A stretch of 64,000 bases of DNA, taken from positions 89,282,001 to 89,346,000 of the forward strand of contig CM059432.1 of NCBI GenBank assembly GCA_030390025.1, given 5' to 3'. Source of the stretch: Squalus acanthias (Eukaryota). Below are positions 1 through 12,200 of the stretch, piece by piece. The stretch's first letter is position 1; every line of letters begins with the position of its first letter. Position numbers and translations under genes: made by a program. The notes under the pieces were generated by a model. That model did no database searches. It was not told where the DNA came from and was given only the letters and a program-made list of their open reading frames with translations.

Positions 1-1274
1 AGGTTAGATGGCACAAAGGGTGTTAAGAAATAGTTGTACATACATTGGCCGGGTTTTGTGGTCAACGGCGAAGGAACGGCACTCGCCATTCACCTCTCTG
101 AGAACTGCCCACAAAGTTTTTGCGAGCTTCAGAGTGCAGACTTGCTCCAATCTAGTGTTTGAGCCAGTGCGGCACCCTCTACAGGGCAGCTGTGGTGTCT
201 GTGAGCAGGTCAAGAAACAGTGATGCTTTTCAACCAATCAGATTGAAGAATCCTCACTAAGACACATGGGGTGAAATTGGGCTCAGTAACGCTGTTTTTG
301 GGCACTATAAGGCCCCTTAAGGTTCCAAAATGGCATCTGCAGCACGCGCACACTTCTGGAGCGAAGAACGGCAGTCGCCATATTGTTAAAGGGATTAGTG
401 TGCGCACACCTAACGTCCGCCGGCAGCATGCATATCATGATGTCAATCAGTGTGCAATGCTGATTTGACGCCAGTACTGCCATTTTGGAGCTCCACCCTC
501 CAGCTTACACCCTCTTGCCACCTCTCACAGTTGAACACAGGTTCAACAGTATGACATACCTCCCACCAGCGCTGTTTAAAGGGATCATCAACTACTTACA
601 GGTTATTTACTGGATGAGTTCTTCTGGCTGTTGCTGCAATTCTACATATTTTGGGTGCTTTTCCATATTTGTTAAAAGTTTCAATAGTTTACAGGAAGTG
701 GTCTGACTGGTACTGCAGTACTTTTTTAGTAGCTTAAAGGCTTGTGTACAAACCAGTTGCTTCCAGACATAATAGTGCTTCCTCTTGGCATTGAGCATGA
801 CTGGGAGGATGAGCAGAGGTCATACAGAGCAGGTCAAGCTGCTAGAAGAGGGAGGAAGAGGAGGGGGAGAAGGGCTCTCAGCAGGAGGTCATATCCGCAG
901 AGGGTCTTTAGGGAGCAGATCTGTTAGAGAACAGATTGCAGGAGTGCTGTGACACCCTGGAAGCCCCTTTGCACACTAGTATCCAGAGCCATGATGGCAG
1001 CAGTCTGAGCTTCCATGGTACCAAGCTGAGAATGCATGACAGCAGTCTGAGCTTCCACTGCAGCACTCAGACGTTGGGTGTATGCTGCTTGCGCTACAAT
1101 GGAAGCTGAGACATCGGCCATCAGAAGCTGCACATTGGTTGGCTCCACAGGTTTGTTGATGGAGGTGGCCACCTATTCCATGTTGGAACGGATGGGCTCC
1201 AAGCTTTCCAAGGATTCCTCCATGCTCCTTGACATTGAATGTAGGGTTCCTGGCAGATTTTCCAGTGCACCAAG

Positions 1275-2838
1275 CATTTGGCAATCTACACCTCCTTATC
1301 TCTGTAATCTCCTCCAGCCCTATAATCCCCCTAGACCTCTGTGCTCCACCTATTCTGGACTTTTGAACATCCACGATTTTAAATACTCCACCATTGGTGG
1401 TCGTGCCTTCACATAGAAACATAGAAGATAGGAGCAGGAGTAGGCCATTCGGCCCCTCGAGCCTGCTCCGCCATTCGATGAGATCATGGCTGATCATCCA
1501 AACTCAGTACCCTGTACCTGCCTTCTCCCCATATCCCTTGATACCTGTAGCTTTATGAAATATATCTAACTCATTCTTGAATATATTTAATAACTTGGCC
1601 TCAACTAACTTCTGTGGTAGAGAATTCCACAGGTTCACCACTCTCTGGGTGAAGAAATTCTTCCTCATTTCTGTCCTAAATGGCTTACCCCTTATCCTTA
1701 GATTATGACCCCTGGTTCTGGACTCTCCGACCATCGGGAACATTCTTCCTGCATCTACTTTGTCTAGACCTGTCAGAATTTTATATGTTTCGATGAGCTC
1801 CCCTCTCATTCTTCTATACTCCTGTGACTATAAGCCCAATCGACCCAATCTCTCCTCATATGTCCTTCCTGCCATCCCAGGTATCAGCCTTGTGAATCTT
1901 TGCTGAACTCCTTCCATGGCAAGAACATCCTTCCTCAGATAAGGCGACCAAAACTGCACACAGTACTCAAGGTGTGGTCTCACCAAGGCCCTGTACAACT
2001 GCAGCAGGACATCCCTGTTCCTATACTCAAACCCTTTTGCTATGAAGGCCAACATACCATTTGCCTTCTTCACCGCCTGCTGCACCTGCATGCTTACCTT
2101 CAGCGACTGGTGCACAAGGACACCCAGGTCTCGTTGCACTTCCCCTTCTCCCAATCTATTGCCATTCAGATAATAGTCTGCCTTTCTGTTTTTGACACCA
2201 AAGTGGATAACCTCGCATTTATCCATGTTATATTGCATCTGCCACGCTTCTGCCCACTCACCCAACCTGTCCAAATCATCCTGGAGTTTCTCGGTATCCT
2301 CCTCGCTGCACACACGCCCACCCAGCTTTGTGTCATCTGCAAACTTGGAGATATTACATTTAGTTCCCTTATCTAGATCATTAATGTATATTGTGAATAG
2401 CTGGGGTCCAAGGACCGATCCCTGCGGTACCCCACTAGTCACTGCCTGCCACTCGGAAAAAGACCCATTAATTCCTACTCTCTGCTTTCTGTCCACCAAC
2501 CAGTTCTCTATCCAAGTCAATACCTTGCCCCCAATCCCATGTGCCTTAACTTTACACGCTAATCTCTTATGCAGGACCTTATCGAAAGCCTTTTGAAAGC
2601 CTTCAGGTGCATAGGGCCCACGCTCTGGAATTCCCTCCCTAAATCTCTCCGCCTCGCTACCTCTCTTCCTCCTTTAAGACTCTCCTTAAAACCTACCTCT
2701 TCGACCAAGCTTTTGGTCATCTGCCCTAACATCTCCTTTTATGGCTCGGCGTCAAATATTGTTTTTTTTATAACACTCCTGTGAAGCGCCTTGGGAAATT
2801 TTATTACATTAAAGGCGCTATATAAATATAAGTTGTTG
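1275..2838 (+). mobile_element. L2 LINE 3' end (1275-1411 and 2599-2838), split by a CR1 insertion
   Basis: Typical L2 3' sequence (ctctgtaatctcctccagccc...ggtcgtgccttca | ggtgcatagggccc...aaaggcgctatataaat) is continuous once the CR1 is removed. Confidence 0.8.
1412..2598 (-). mobile_element. 5'-truncated CR1 LINE (RT C-terminal half plus 3' tail), 7-bp TSD GCCTTCA
   Basis: ORFs 1828-2520 and 1504-1809 carry [16 protein letters not shown] and LEYCVQFWSP. GCCTTCA lies at 1405-1411 and 2599-2605. Confidence 0.95.
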
Positions 2839-4026
2839 TGCAATCTGTTTGAATGATGAGACTGTCATGGTTGAATAGCTGTCAGTGTGTGCAAACTGTG
2901 AGATGTGGGTTTAAGGCTTGCAACAACGTTAAGTGTATGAGGATGAGGTGAAGCATATGAATGTGAGATATGAGTCCTGATTGATAGAGATTGTTGGTAG
3001 GTGAGTGATGGGGATGTGGTGAATTGAGCAGTGGCTGAGGCTAGTGTTACAGTTGATAGGATATTTCACTTGAAGATGCATTCACTGACCTTGACCACTC
3101 ATGTGAGATCATTAAACATCTTCCGGCACTGCATCCAGGTCCTTGGGGCTATACTCCTGGCACTGACCTCCGTGGCTTTCTGTTCCCACTGCCTTATCAT
3201 CATGTGTCTGGATGGCCTCCTGTCCCCACCCCCCCAGCCCCCGCACCCACTCCCCCACAAATCCCCCCCCCCACCCCCCACAACCCCCACACCCAACACT
3301 AATTAGCTTCTGAGTGAATGAGACTCCACACTTGTAAAATTAATTTTTCAGGAGCAGAGAGGTTGTTCGGCAGTAATTATCATGTATCACAATGTTAAAA
3401 ACTCACTTACTCCTGAATGCACCAGCCCTAACTTTTTCTGCCATCTTTAGTGGGGAAGTAGTGGGCAAGTACCCCAAGTTCACGCTGTTGCATTCATTTC
3501 AGTGCCAGGTTTATCGGCGAGGACTGCAACAGTGCACCCTGTGGATGAGTGGAGTATCTCTGACAGCAACTTCTGCATTTCCGCATTTAACTGGGCATGT
3601 GCGGACGGCAGAAGTTGCTGTCAGATTTATCCCATTATAACGGTAAGCGCTGTTAGCCTCACTGTTATTCTTATCGCAAAATCTGGCCCAATGTTTCAAA
3701 TTTTTGGCACTTTTAGGCAGAATATGTTGTTCTACAAAGTAAACATAACTTGTGCACCTAGAGTACTGAGTCAATGCTGTGTATGCATTCTCTTTTTTGG
3801 GAGTTTGTATGATGACATGCAAAATGTCAACTTCTATCTTATGAAGAAACTTGGTAGAAGTCTTTGACAATTTGGAACTTTGTGAGAATGGGCAGATGTG
3901 AAGTGTCTTTATTTGGTGAGTCAATCTTTATTTATTAGAAATACTGGGCTATAAGTTGTGCCTTCCTTTCACTGACTGCTGGCTGTCCTGTCTTGTCCTG
4001 TCTTGTCCTGTGCACTCTGCTCATGC

Positions 4027-5880
4027 TCAGGAAGGAGGAGATTCTTCCACTTCCACTTCATCACCTGAAACTTCCGGAAGCAGCCAACATTTTCTCATTG
4101 CAATATTACACAGAACGCAACAAGCTACAATGATTTTTTGAGACTCTTGGTGGATCATGTTGCAGGGCTCCATCAGACTTATCCAGACACCAAAAAAGAG
4201 TTCCCATAATTTCTCTATGATATTTCTTGTAGTGACATGGGCCTCATTGTATCTGCTGTCCCCTCTGTCTGTGAAAGTCTTAGTGGAGACAACATCCATG
4301 ACTGCAGAGGTTAGCCCTGATTGTGAAGGAATAAGCCGTATAACCTATTCAGAAAAATACACTATCTTATGAAAGAATTCTGGCCTTATTAAAACATGAC
4401 AAACTGGGTTTGGAAATTTAGAAACCTAACTATGAAATAGCTGTGAAAGCATTCTGGCTATTGAGATAAGACAGTTGTTGACCCTGAATAAATAACCTTA
4501 TTGAAACAGAAGGTGCATGGCTCCGACAGGCTGACCTTTGGGAACAAAAACAATGGTTCACCATGGATAAGGTGTTCTAATTTACACTTCGTAAAGAGGC
4601 ACATAAGATAAGGAACATCTGCCCTCGTAAAGATGACATCAAGTAAGGAACACCTGCAGTCACACCGTTTTTATATGGTAAACTTAGAACACCTAGAGAG
4701 GAGACATGATTCTGGCTGAGGTGGCTGTAAGAGTTGCAGAGGTCGGCAGAAAAATGACTAGAGATAATTAACTTGCATCAGCAGAAAACCTTAAAGGAAA
4801 TACCACTGGAAAAAGGTATAAATATTGAACTCTCAAATGGGATAACAGACTCGCTTTAATCGGGCAAAGCAATTCTCGGCTTCAGAGGCGGCTCTGTAGT
4901 CTCCAACTCTTTGTACCTCGGGGATCAAAGGTATTTGATATTGGTGGATATCCTGTAGAACACTTTAAGAACTGTAATACTGTAGTGAAGTTAAGATTTA
5001 AAAGTAAGATTCTCTGTTAATAATAAGATAGCATTTTTTCTCTTTTTGGAACTGTTAATGTTACGATTGACTCACCAACTGTAAATTGCATGTCAGTTCT
5101 TTAATAAATCTATATATTTTTAGAATTGTCTTACATAAGACTTCTGTATCAAAAACTCGTGAACTCAATCTCTGTACACTCTTTGGTGAGGAGTTGCAGA
5201 ATTCTGGGGGAGTTTTCCGGACCCTCATAATATCCGGAACGTTACAGTCTAGCTAAACTTATTAAAAGTGCTATCTGGAGGACGGTAACATTCTCGGGTT
5301 GTTCCTTTCCTTTAGGGAGAGATAGCTTGGACCTCTAGACCCAATTAAGCGTCTTTAGGATTCGGCTACCTCAAACTTTAGTTGAAAGTGAACGTCTGAG
5401 AAATACGCCTGATCCGGGGTAACCCTAAAAGGGCTAGGACTAGTAAATATCCCTTCATGATCACCAGTCAACCATCCATTTCGAATAAGGGAACATAGCT
5501 ATAAGATAACCTACAGTGGGCAGCATGGCCTTCAGAAGCATCGATGGTCAGAAAAGACTAAGTACCATTTTCTTGATCTGTATACCCTGGTGAGCACATT
5601 GGAATGATACATCTTCTGTGATGCCTGACTCCAAGAACCTCCAATCTAACACCTTCCATTTCCTCATCCTTCTCTTCTTCAAAGTGTACGAATAGAAGGA
5701 TTGCCATTGGGAAATCTAATGCCAGGCAATACTTTGAGCACAGCGTAGGGAAACTAACAGCAAAAGTCATGACTGAGCTTCCAAGATACTAAAAGAGATT
5801 GATATTCAGGCAAAGTAAGACTGAACTTCGATAACAGCACAAAATGACCTCCTCAATATATAATCCGCCTCAGAATACCT
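4027..5880 (-). pseudogene. Degenerate Harbinger (HARBI1-like) DDE transposase, split by a solo LTR
   Basis: YNEAHVTTRNIIEK...KIIVACCVLCNIA at 4027-4299. Removing 4322-5457 and one TGAT restores GWLTGDQG*PLQSW, the GWLLGDxGYPL motif. The extent beyond ~5480 is approximate. Confidence 0.8.
4322..5457 (+). mobile_element. Solo LTR (family A), 4-bp TSD TGAT
   Basis: Begins TGTGAAGG and ends CCCTTCA, with TGAT on both sides. TATAAAT near 4817 and AATAAA at 5103. Homologous to 15562-17775 in the opposite orientation. Confidence 0.85.
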
Positions 5881-6461
5881 TTCTACAGCTCATACCATCA
5901 CTTATACAGTGGTGGTAATTGTTTGGGGAGTGTATGGGGTGAAATGTGGGGGAAATGGACTGGAAGGGTTAATTGCACCCACTTGACTCTATTTGCTTGA
6001 GGCAGATTGGGCTCCCAGCAAGTCTTAAAGGGGACTGGCTTTTTGGGAGGAGGTTGATAATTCAGGTACATGTTTTCATTAATGAATTTGAAGCAGTAGC
6101 CTATAAAAACCTGATTTACTCCATTTACTGCCCCAAAATGGGTAGTAATTCAGAGCAAATTCAAAGCCATTATGCCACCAATTCTGGAAACAACAGCAAG
6201 ATATGATTGCTGATTGATATTTCAATAGTTGATGTTGCACAGAGTCAACACTGCAACAACGTTGTCTAACTAATAGCAAAGCAGTGGACAAAGAATACCA
6301 TTATAAAACAATCAAACATGCCACTATTTCATAATAGCAGTGGTATTCCACTTGTATATTTGACATTGACATCCAAGTTATGAGGTCATCACAGATGTAG
6401 GGATTTCCTGAAACACCAATGACCCAGCCTTAGACCTGGTTAAAAATAGAGATAGAATATA

Positions 6462-6752
6462 AAGAAAGACTTGCATTTATATAGCGACTTTCACGACCAC
6501 CAGATGTCCCAAAGCGCTTTACAGTTAATGAAGTATTTTTTGAAGTGTAGTCACTGTTGTAATGTAGGAAACGTGGCAGCCAATTTGCGTACAGCAAGCT
6601 CCCACAAACAGCAATGTGATAGTGACCAGATCATCTGTTTTAGTGATGTTGATTGAGGGATAAATATTGGCCAGGACACCAGGGATAACTCTCCTGCTCT
6701 TCTTCGAAAATAGTGCCATGGGATCGTTTACGTCCACCTGAGAGAGCAGACG
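6462..6752 (-). mobile_element. Deu-domain SINE (SacSINE1-like) fragment with L2-type tail
   Basis: Tail revcomp ...cgctatataaatgcaagtctttc. Body tgaagtgtagtcactg...cccacaaacagcaatg...atagtgccatgggatc...ccacctgag is also found at 59440-59785. The family name is from recall. Confidence 0.7.
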
Positions 6753-7572
6753 AATATGAATGAAAAATCATTGTAATGTTGTGCCTAGCACTCCGTTATA
6801 TGACCAACATTCAACTTTGAATAAATTAAAAATTCTGACAATTGCTGTGCAAAAGAAGTATTTTAATGGTAAGGATATTAAAAATAATCAATAAGAAACG
6901 ATAAAATAATACAGAATCCATTAAAGTAAAACAAATCTCAATTAGGACAGCAAAGAAAGAAGCATTTAATAATTAATTGTAAATTATTATAGCATCCAAG
7001 TGATGTTAAGTTATGTCCAATTCACCATATTGATTAAGCTAATATCTACCGCATTGCTCAAGTGTGTTATTTACCGATAAACATGTTTTAACTATTACAA
7101 GTTAAGGATATTTGTTTTCTTAGGCATGTATACACTATTTGAAAAAAATGGATTTTACGTATAGAAACTTGCATTTTCCTGAGAAATGTACCCTAAATAT
7201 CCTCTTTTATATTCTCCTTCTCACTAATGATCCAAAAAATGAATTCCATAACTCTGTCTAAACCAACATTACCCTTTCACTCCAAACTAATAGGCCATTA
7301 ATGACTTTGTAATTGGTGTTTAAGCATACATTCCGATTTAGTTTGACTGTTGCTGCATAAGTCAATTGCAATTTATCTTGTTGTTTCTCTTGATTATATG
7401 GTTCCCTTCGATGATCATGGGGAGTCGTAAGTGAAGCACGTACCCGTGATCTCATCATCTGTGGCCTTCCTGACCCAGTCTGTACAAATTTTCATTGTTA
7501 GGTTTCAGCCTGACTCAGCCACTAATAGATTAGTAAAAAGTTCTGTGAAACACAAGGATATAGAATTAAAGA

Positions 7573-7652
7573 AAATGCTGGAAACATTCAGCAGGTCAAT
7601 CAGAATCTGTGGAGAGAACAGACAAAATAACCTTTTGGGTGTCACTCTTCAT
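7573..7652 (-). mobile_element. Degenerate Penelope-like 3' tail fragment
   Basis: Revcomp ctctccacagattctgattgacctgctgaatgtttccagcatttt matches 35345-35395. Confidence 0.55.
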
Positions 7653-7989
7653 ATGTACCGAAAAAGTGAAAAAAATAACAACACTTAAATAGAAAGGGGA
7701 GGAAAAGAAAAAAAACACAAACAAGTGATTAGGGGGTTATTTTGGTGAAAAGGTGAAAACAGGCGCTAAATGGGTGCTGTGCTAATAAGACACGCCTGTT
7801 TGAAAGTCTGGATTTACCAAGCAATTTTAGGCTAATTGCTGATTACCATGATATAAACATGCCTGCAGGCGTTAAAACAGACACCTGCACGTTTAGCACT
7901 CAAGCGTTGATTAGAAGCAATTTTCCTGAAGCGCTATATATAATCTCCACACACCCACTTTCATTGAAGGTGTGGAGTGCGCTGGCTGG

Positions 7990-9050
7990 CAAAAAAGGGG
8001 ACATTTTATCATTGCAGGCTTCCAGGAGCAAGATCCAGCTCGACCCCTGGAGGAAGAGGAGGAGAACAAGGAAGATGGCACTGCGTAAATCGCTACCGCT
8101 GTCGCAGGCATCAGCTCAGAGACCGGCAGCATGCGTAAATTAGAGGCTGGGTTAGAAGAGGGATCGTCATGGTGGGAGGCACCAGGCACTAGTGGGCAGC
8201 AGCCATGCCAGGTGGAAGGGACACCACCGTGCCGGGGGGCGGGGGGGCAAGGTCGTATACTAGTTCTGCTGTAGAGGAGTCAGATGAGGACCTCGCAGGG
8301 CCAAGTTTCAGAAGAACACTGATCGGTTTGTCAAACCAAATGCTTGGTGCAATGGAAAGCCTGCCTGAAAGCTTATGGGTCATGGCTAGGGGAATGGAGG
8401 TGTCCGCCTCTGCCTTGGCGCAGAGCCTGGAACCCATGGGGAGGCCGGCCAATTCCAGCCAGCGACCTGTGGAGCTCGACATCATAAAGCATTGCATGAC
8501 TGAGGTTGCAGCTTCCACTGCAGTCATTGCAGCTTCTATTGAATGACTATAATGAAAGCCCAAACAGCTTCCATTGCACTACTAGCATCTTCCATGGAAT
8601 GGCCAAGTGCTGCAATGGAAGCTCAGGCAGCTACCATGGTGGCTCTGGGCTCCTCGGTTAAAAGTGGCTTGCAGATTGTCTCTGATGACCACAGATCTGT
8701 CCTCCAGCAGTTCACTGGGTGGGTTGAACAGATGCCCTGAGGTGGGAATCATGGATCAGGAACCTACTGGCTTCTCTCTGGATGCCAGCATTGCTGTTCC
8801 CTCCCCCGCCACTCCACCATTGCTCTTGCCATTGCCTGTCAGCCAGGCGGCCTAGACTGTTGAAGCCCGTGCTGAGATGGTGCAGTCTGAGGCAGGGCCA
8901 TCATGGCTCATAGCCTCTTGAGGGCATCGCAGGAGGACATCTGAACTTCCCTCTTCAGATTCTCAGCAGCCATCCACCTCGCCTGCTGCTGCCACTGGGG
9001 TTGCACTTCGTAGAAGCATCAGATTAGGCAAGAGCACTTCTAGATAGCCA
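7990..9050 (+). pseudogene. Harbinger accessory (Myb/SANT-type) gene, 3' exon remnants
   Basis: ORFs 8205-8546 and 8543-8740 (QMLGAMESLPESL...AAMEAQAA) resemble the remnant at 924-1260. It is convergent with the transposase. Confidence 0.55.
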
Positions 9051-9279
9051 CTAAGGGTAAGCACCAGGTAGAATAGTTCAATACTTGTTATTTAAACCAT
9101 GTTTCCATTGTTTCCTTTTGCTGCAGATAAACATGGATCATAGTAATTGGGTAGTGGTGGAATTGGTGGTCTATTTTATTGTGTTCTTCATGGGGAAGGG
9201 GTTGAAAGGATTGAGTGCAGATGGTGGACTGCCTGATGGGTCTTCAGTCCTGGAAGCTAAGGCATGTGGCAGCAGTGTC

Positions 9280-12200
9280 ATAGAGTCATAATGGCACAGA
9301 AGGAGGCCATTCGGCCCATCGAGTCCGTGTCAGCTCTCTGTAGAGAAATCCAGTCAGTCCCATTTCCCCGCTCTATCCCTGTAGCCCTGCAAGTTTATTT
9401 CCCTCAAGTGCCTATCCAGACTCCCTTTTAAAACATTGAGTGTCTCTGCTTCCACCACTTCTGTCGGCAGCGAATTGCAGGTCATCACAATTCGCTGCGT
9501 AAAAAAGTTTTTCCTCGCATCCCCCCTGCATCTCTTGCCCAAAACCTTAAATCTGTGTCCCCTAGTCCTTGTACCATAAACTAGTGGGAACAGCCTTTCC
9601 CCGTCTAGCCTAACCAAACCCGTCATAATCTTGTATACCTCTATCAAATCACCCATCAACCTCCTTTGCTCTAATGAAAACAAATTCAGCTTCTCCAACC
9701 TGTCCTTGTAGCTAAGATCCCCCATCCCCGGAACCATTCTGGTAAATCTCCTCTGCACCATCTCAAGGGCTTTCACATTCTTCCTAATGTGTGGTGACCA
9801 GAACTGGACGCAATACTCCAGTTGTGGCCTAAACAGCGCTTTATAAAGGTTCAGCATAACATCTCTACTTTTGTACTCAATACCTCTATTTATGAAGCCC
9901 AAGATCCCATATGCTTTGTTAACCACTCTCTCAATATGTCCTGCCACCTTCAGGGACCGATGCACATTAACTCCCAGGTCCCTCTGTCCCTGCACACTCT
10001 TTAAAACTGTGCCATTAAGTGTATATTGCCTCTCCCTGTTCCTTCTGCCAAAATGCATCACCTCACACTTCTCCATATTAAATTCCATCTGCCACTTGTC
10101 TGCCAATTCTGCTAGCCTTTCTATGTCCTGTTGCAGTCGATTGGTATCATCATCACTGTTTGCCACCCCAAGTTTGGTGTCATCGGCAGATTTAGAGATT
10201 CTAATCTGTATTCCAATATCCAGGTAATTTATATATATCAAAAAAAGCAGTGGCCCCAGCACTGACCCTTGGGGAACACCACTGTCTACCATCTTCCAGT
10301 CTGTAAAACAGCCATTTACCACAACTCGCTGTTTTCTGTCCTTAAGCCAATTCCTTATCCAAGCTGCCACTGACCCACCTATTCCATGAGCCTCAATTTT
10401 GTTAACCAGCCTTCCCTGTGGTACTTTGTCAAACGCCTTCCGAAAATCCATGTAGACAACATCCATTGCATTCCCTTCATCAATCCTCCCTGTTACTTCA
10501 TCAAAAAATGTAATTAGATTAGTCAAACACGATCTGCCTTTTACAAATCCGTGTTGGCTCTCCTTAATTAGCTTAAACCTCTCCAAGTGCTCGTTAATTT
10601 TTTCCTTGATTATTGTTTCTAAAACTTTACCCACCACTGATGATAAACTGACCGGCCTGTAGTTACTAGGATTGTCCTGACACGCTTTCTTGAACAATGG
10701 TGTCACATTTGCCACTTTCCAATCCTCAGGCACCTCCCCCGCATCTAGGGTAGATTAGAAAATTATGCAAGCCCTTCCACTATCTCCTCCCCCAATTCCC
10801 TTAGCAACCTGGGATGCAAGCCATCTGGACCAGGTGACTTATCCACTCTAAGCATACCCAGTCTTTCTAGTACATCCTGTCTATCAATTTTCACCCCTTT
10901 TCACCACCTTTTTCACTTCTACCGATATTTTGTCAGCATCCACCTCCTTAGTAAACATTGATACAAAGTACTCATCGAGTATTCTAGCCTTTGCCTGCGC
11001 CTCTAAGCATATATCACCTTCTTTGTCTCTAAAAGGCCCCACCCCGCCTCTTACTACCCACTTACTGTTTACATGCCGGTAGAAGATTTTTGGGTTCCCT
11101 TTTATGTTAACCGCCATTCTACTCTCATATTCCCTCTTTGCCAATCTTATTTTCATCTTCACTTCCTTTCTCAACTTATTGTATTTGGTCTGGTTCTCCC
11201 TTGAAGAATTCACCTGACATGCATCATACACCCTCTTTTTTTGTTTCATCATCTTCTCTATCTCCTTCGTCATCCAAGGAGCCCTTGCTTTGGTTCCCTT
11301 ACCCTTCCCTCTTGTTGGAATGTACCTAGCCTGTACTTGGAACATCTCCTCCTTAAAGATCACCCATTGTTCCGTTACAGTTTTTCCTGTCAGTCTTTGG
11401 TTCCATTTTACCCTGGCTAGATCCTTTCGCATCCCATTGAAGTTAGCCCTATTCCAGTTTAGAAGTTCCACTCTAGATTGTTCCTTGCTCCTCTCCATTG
11501 TTAATCTAAATCTTATGCTTCTATGATCACTCGTACCCAAGTGTTCTCCCACAGACACTTGGTCGACCTGGCCCACCGCATTCCCCAGCACCAGATCCAG
11601 CAATGCCTCCTTCCTAGTTGGGCCAAGAACATATTGTTCAAGGAAATTCTCCTGAACACATTTTAGAAATTCCTCCCCCTCCTTTCCCTTTACCCTAGCA
11701 TTATCCCAATCGATATTTGGGTAATTAAAGTCCCCCAATATCACCACTCTATGGGGGAAAAATTCAGTTGGTTTGCACCTCACGTTAGCGCCTTAAGAGG
11801 GCGTTAATGGGGCGCAAAGTAACTAGCGCCGGGGCGCAGCGATATCTGCGCCTCTCGCGAAATTGACCAGACATTTTGCGGCGGCGCTAAAAACTACCGC
11901 CACGATCTCCTGCACCGACAGATCGTGATGTCAGTCGAGTGCGCAACGCCCCGGTAGCGCCCTGGAGTGGATATTGAGTGGCGCCCCTGCCTTACCGCCT
12001 GCCGCTAGCAACGACAGGTTGAGCGGAGCGTTTTGCAGTCAGCAAGGGACTAGGGGAGCGCTATTTAAAGGCGAACGCTTCCTGCCTTTTTTTGTTGGTG
12101 ACATTTTTGCACCACGCATTCAGAGAGAGAGAGAGAGAGACTTCTGGAGAGATTCAACGCTGTGTGAAGGAGTTTTGGGTACTGAGCAGCACTTTGCAGG

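Larger units (their letters stand above)
268..3689. mobile_element. Internally deleted PIF/Harbinger element (transposase 5' remnant on +, Myb/SANT gene remnant on -), interrupted by an L2 tail and a CR1
   Basis: ~770-925 (+) reads ...GRRALSRRSYPQRVFREQ, like the transposase N-terminus at 15028-15150. 3099-3200 (-) reads WEQKATEVSARSIAPRTWMQCRKMFNDLT (Myb/SANT-like). 924-1172 (-) resembles the Myb-protein C-terminal part at 8400-8740. Ends GGGGTGAAATT / AAAATCTGGCCC match poorly, so boundaries are approximate. Confidence 0.6.
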
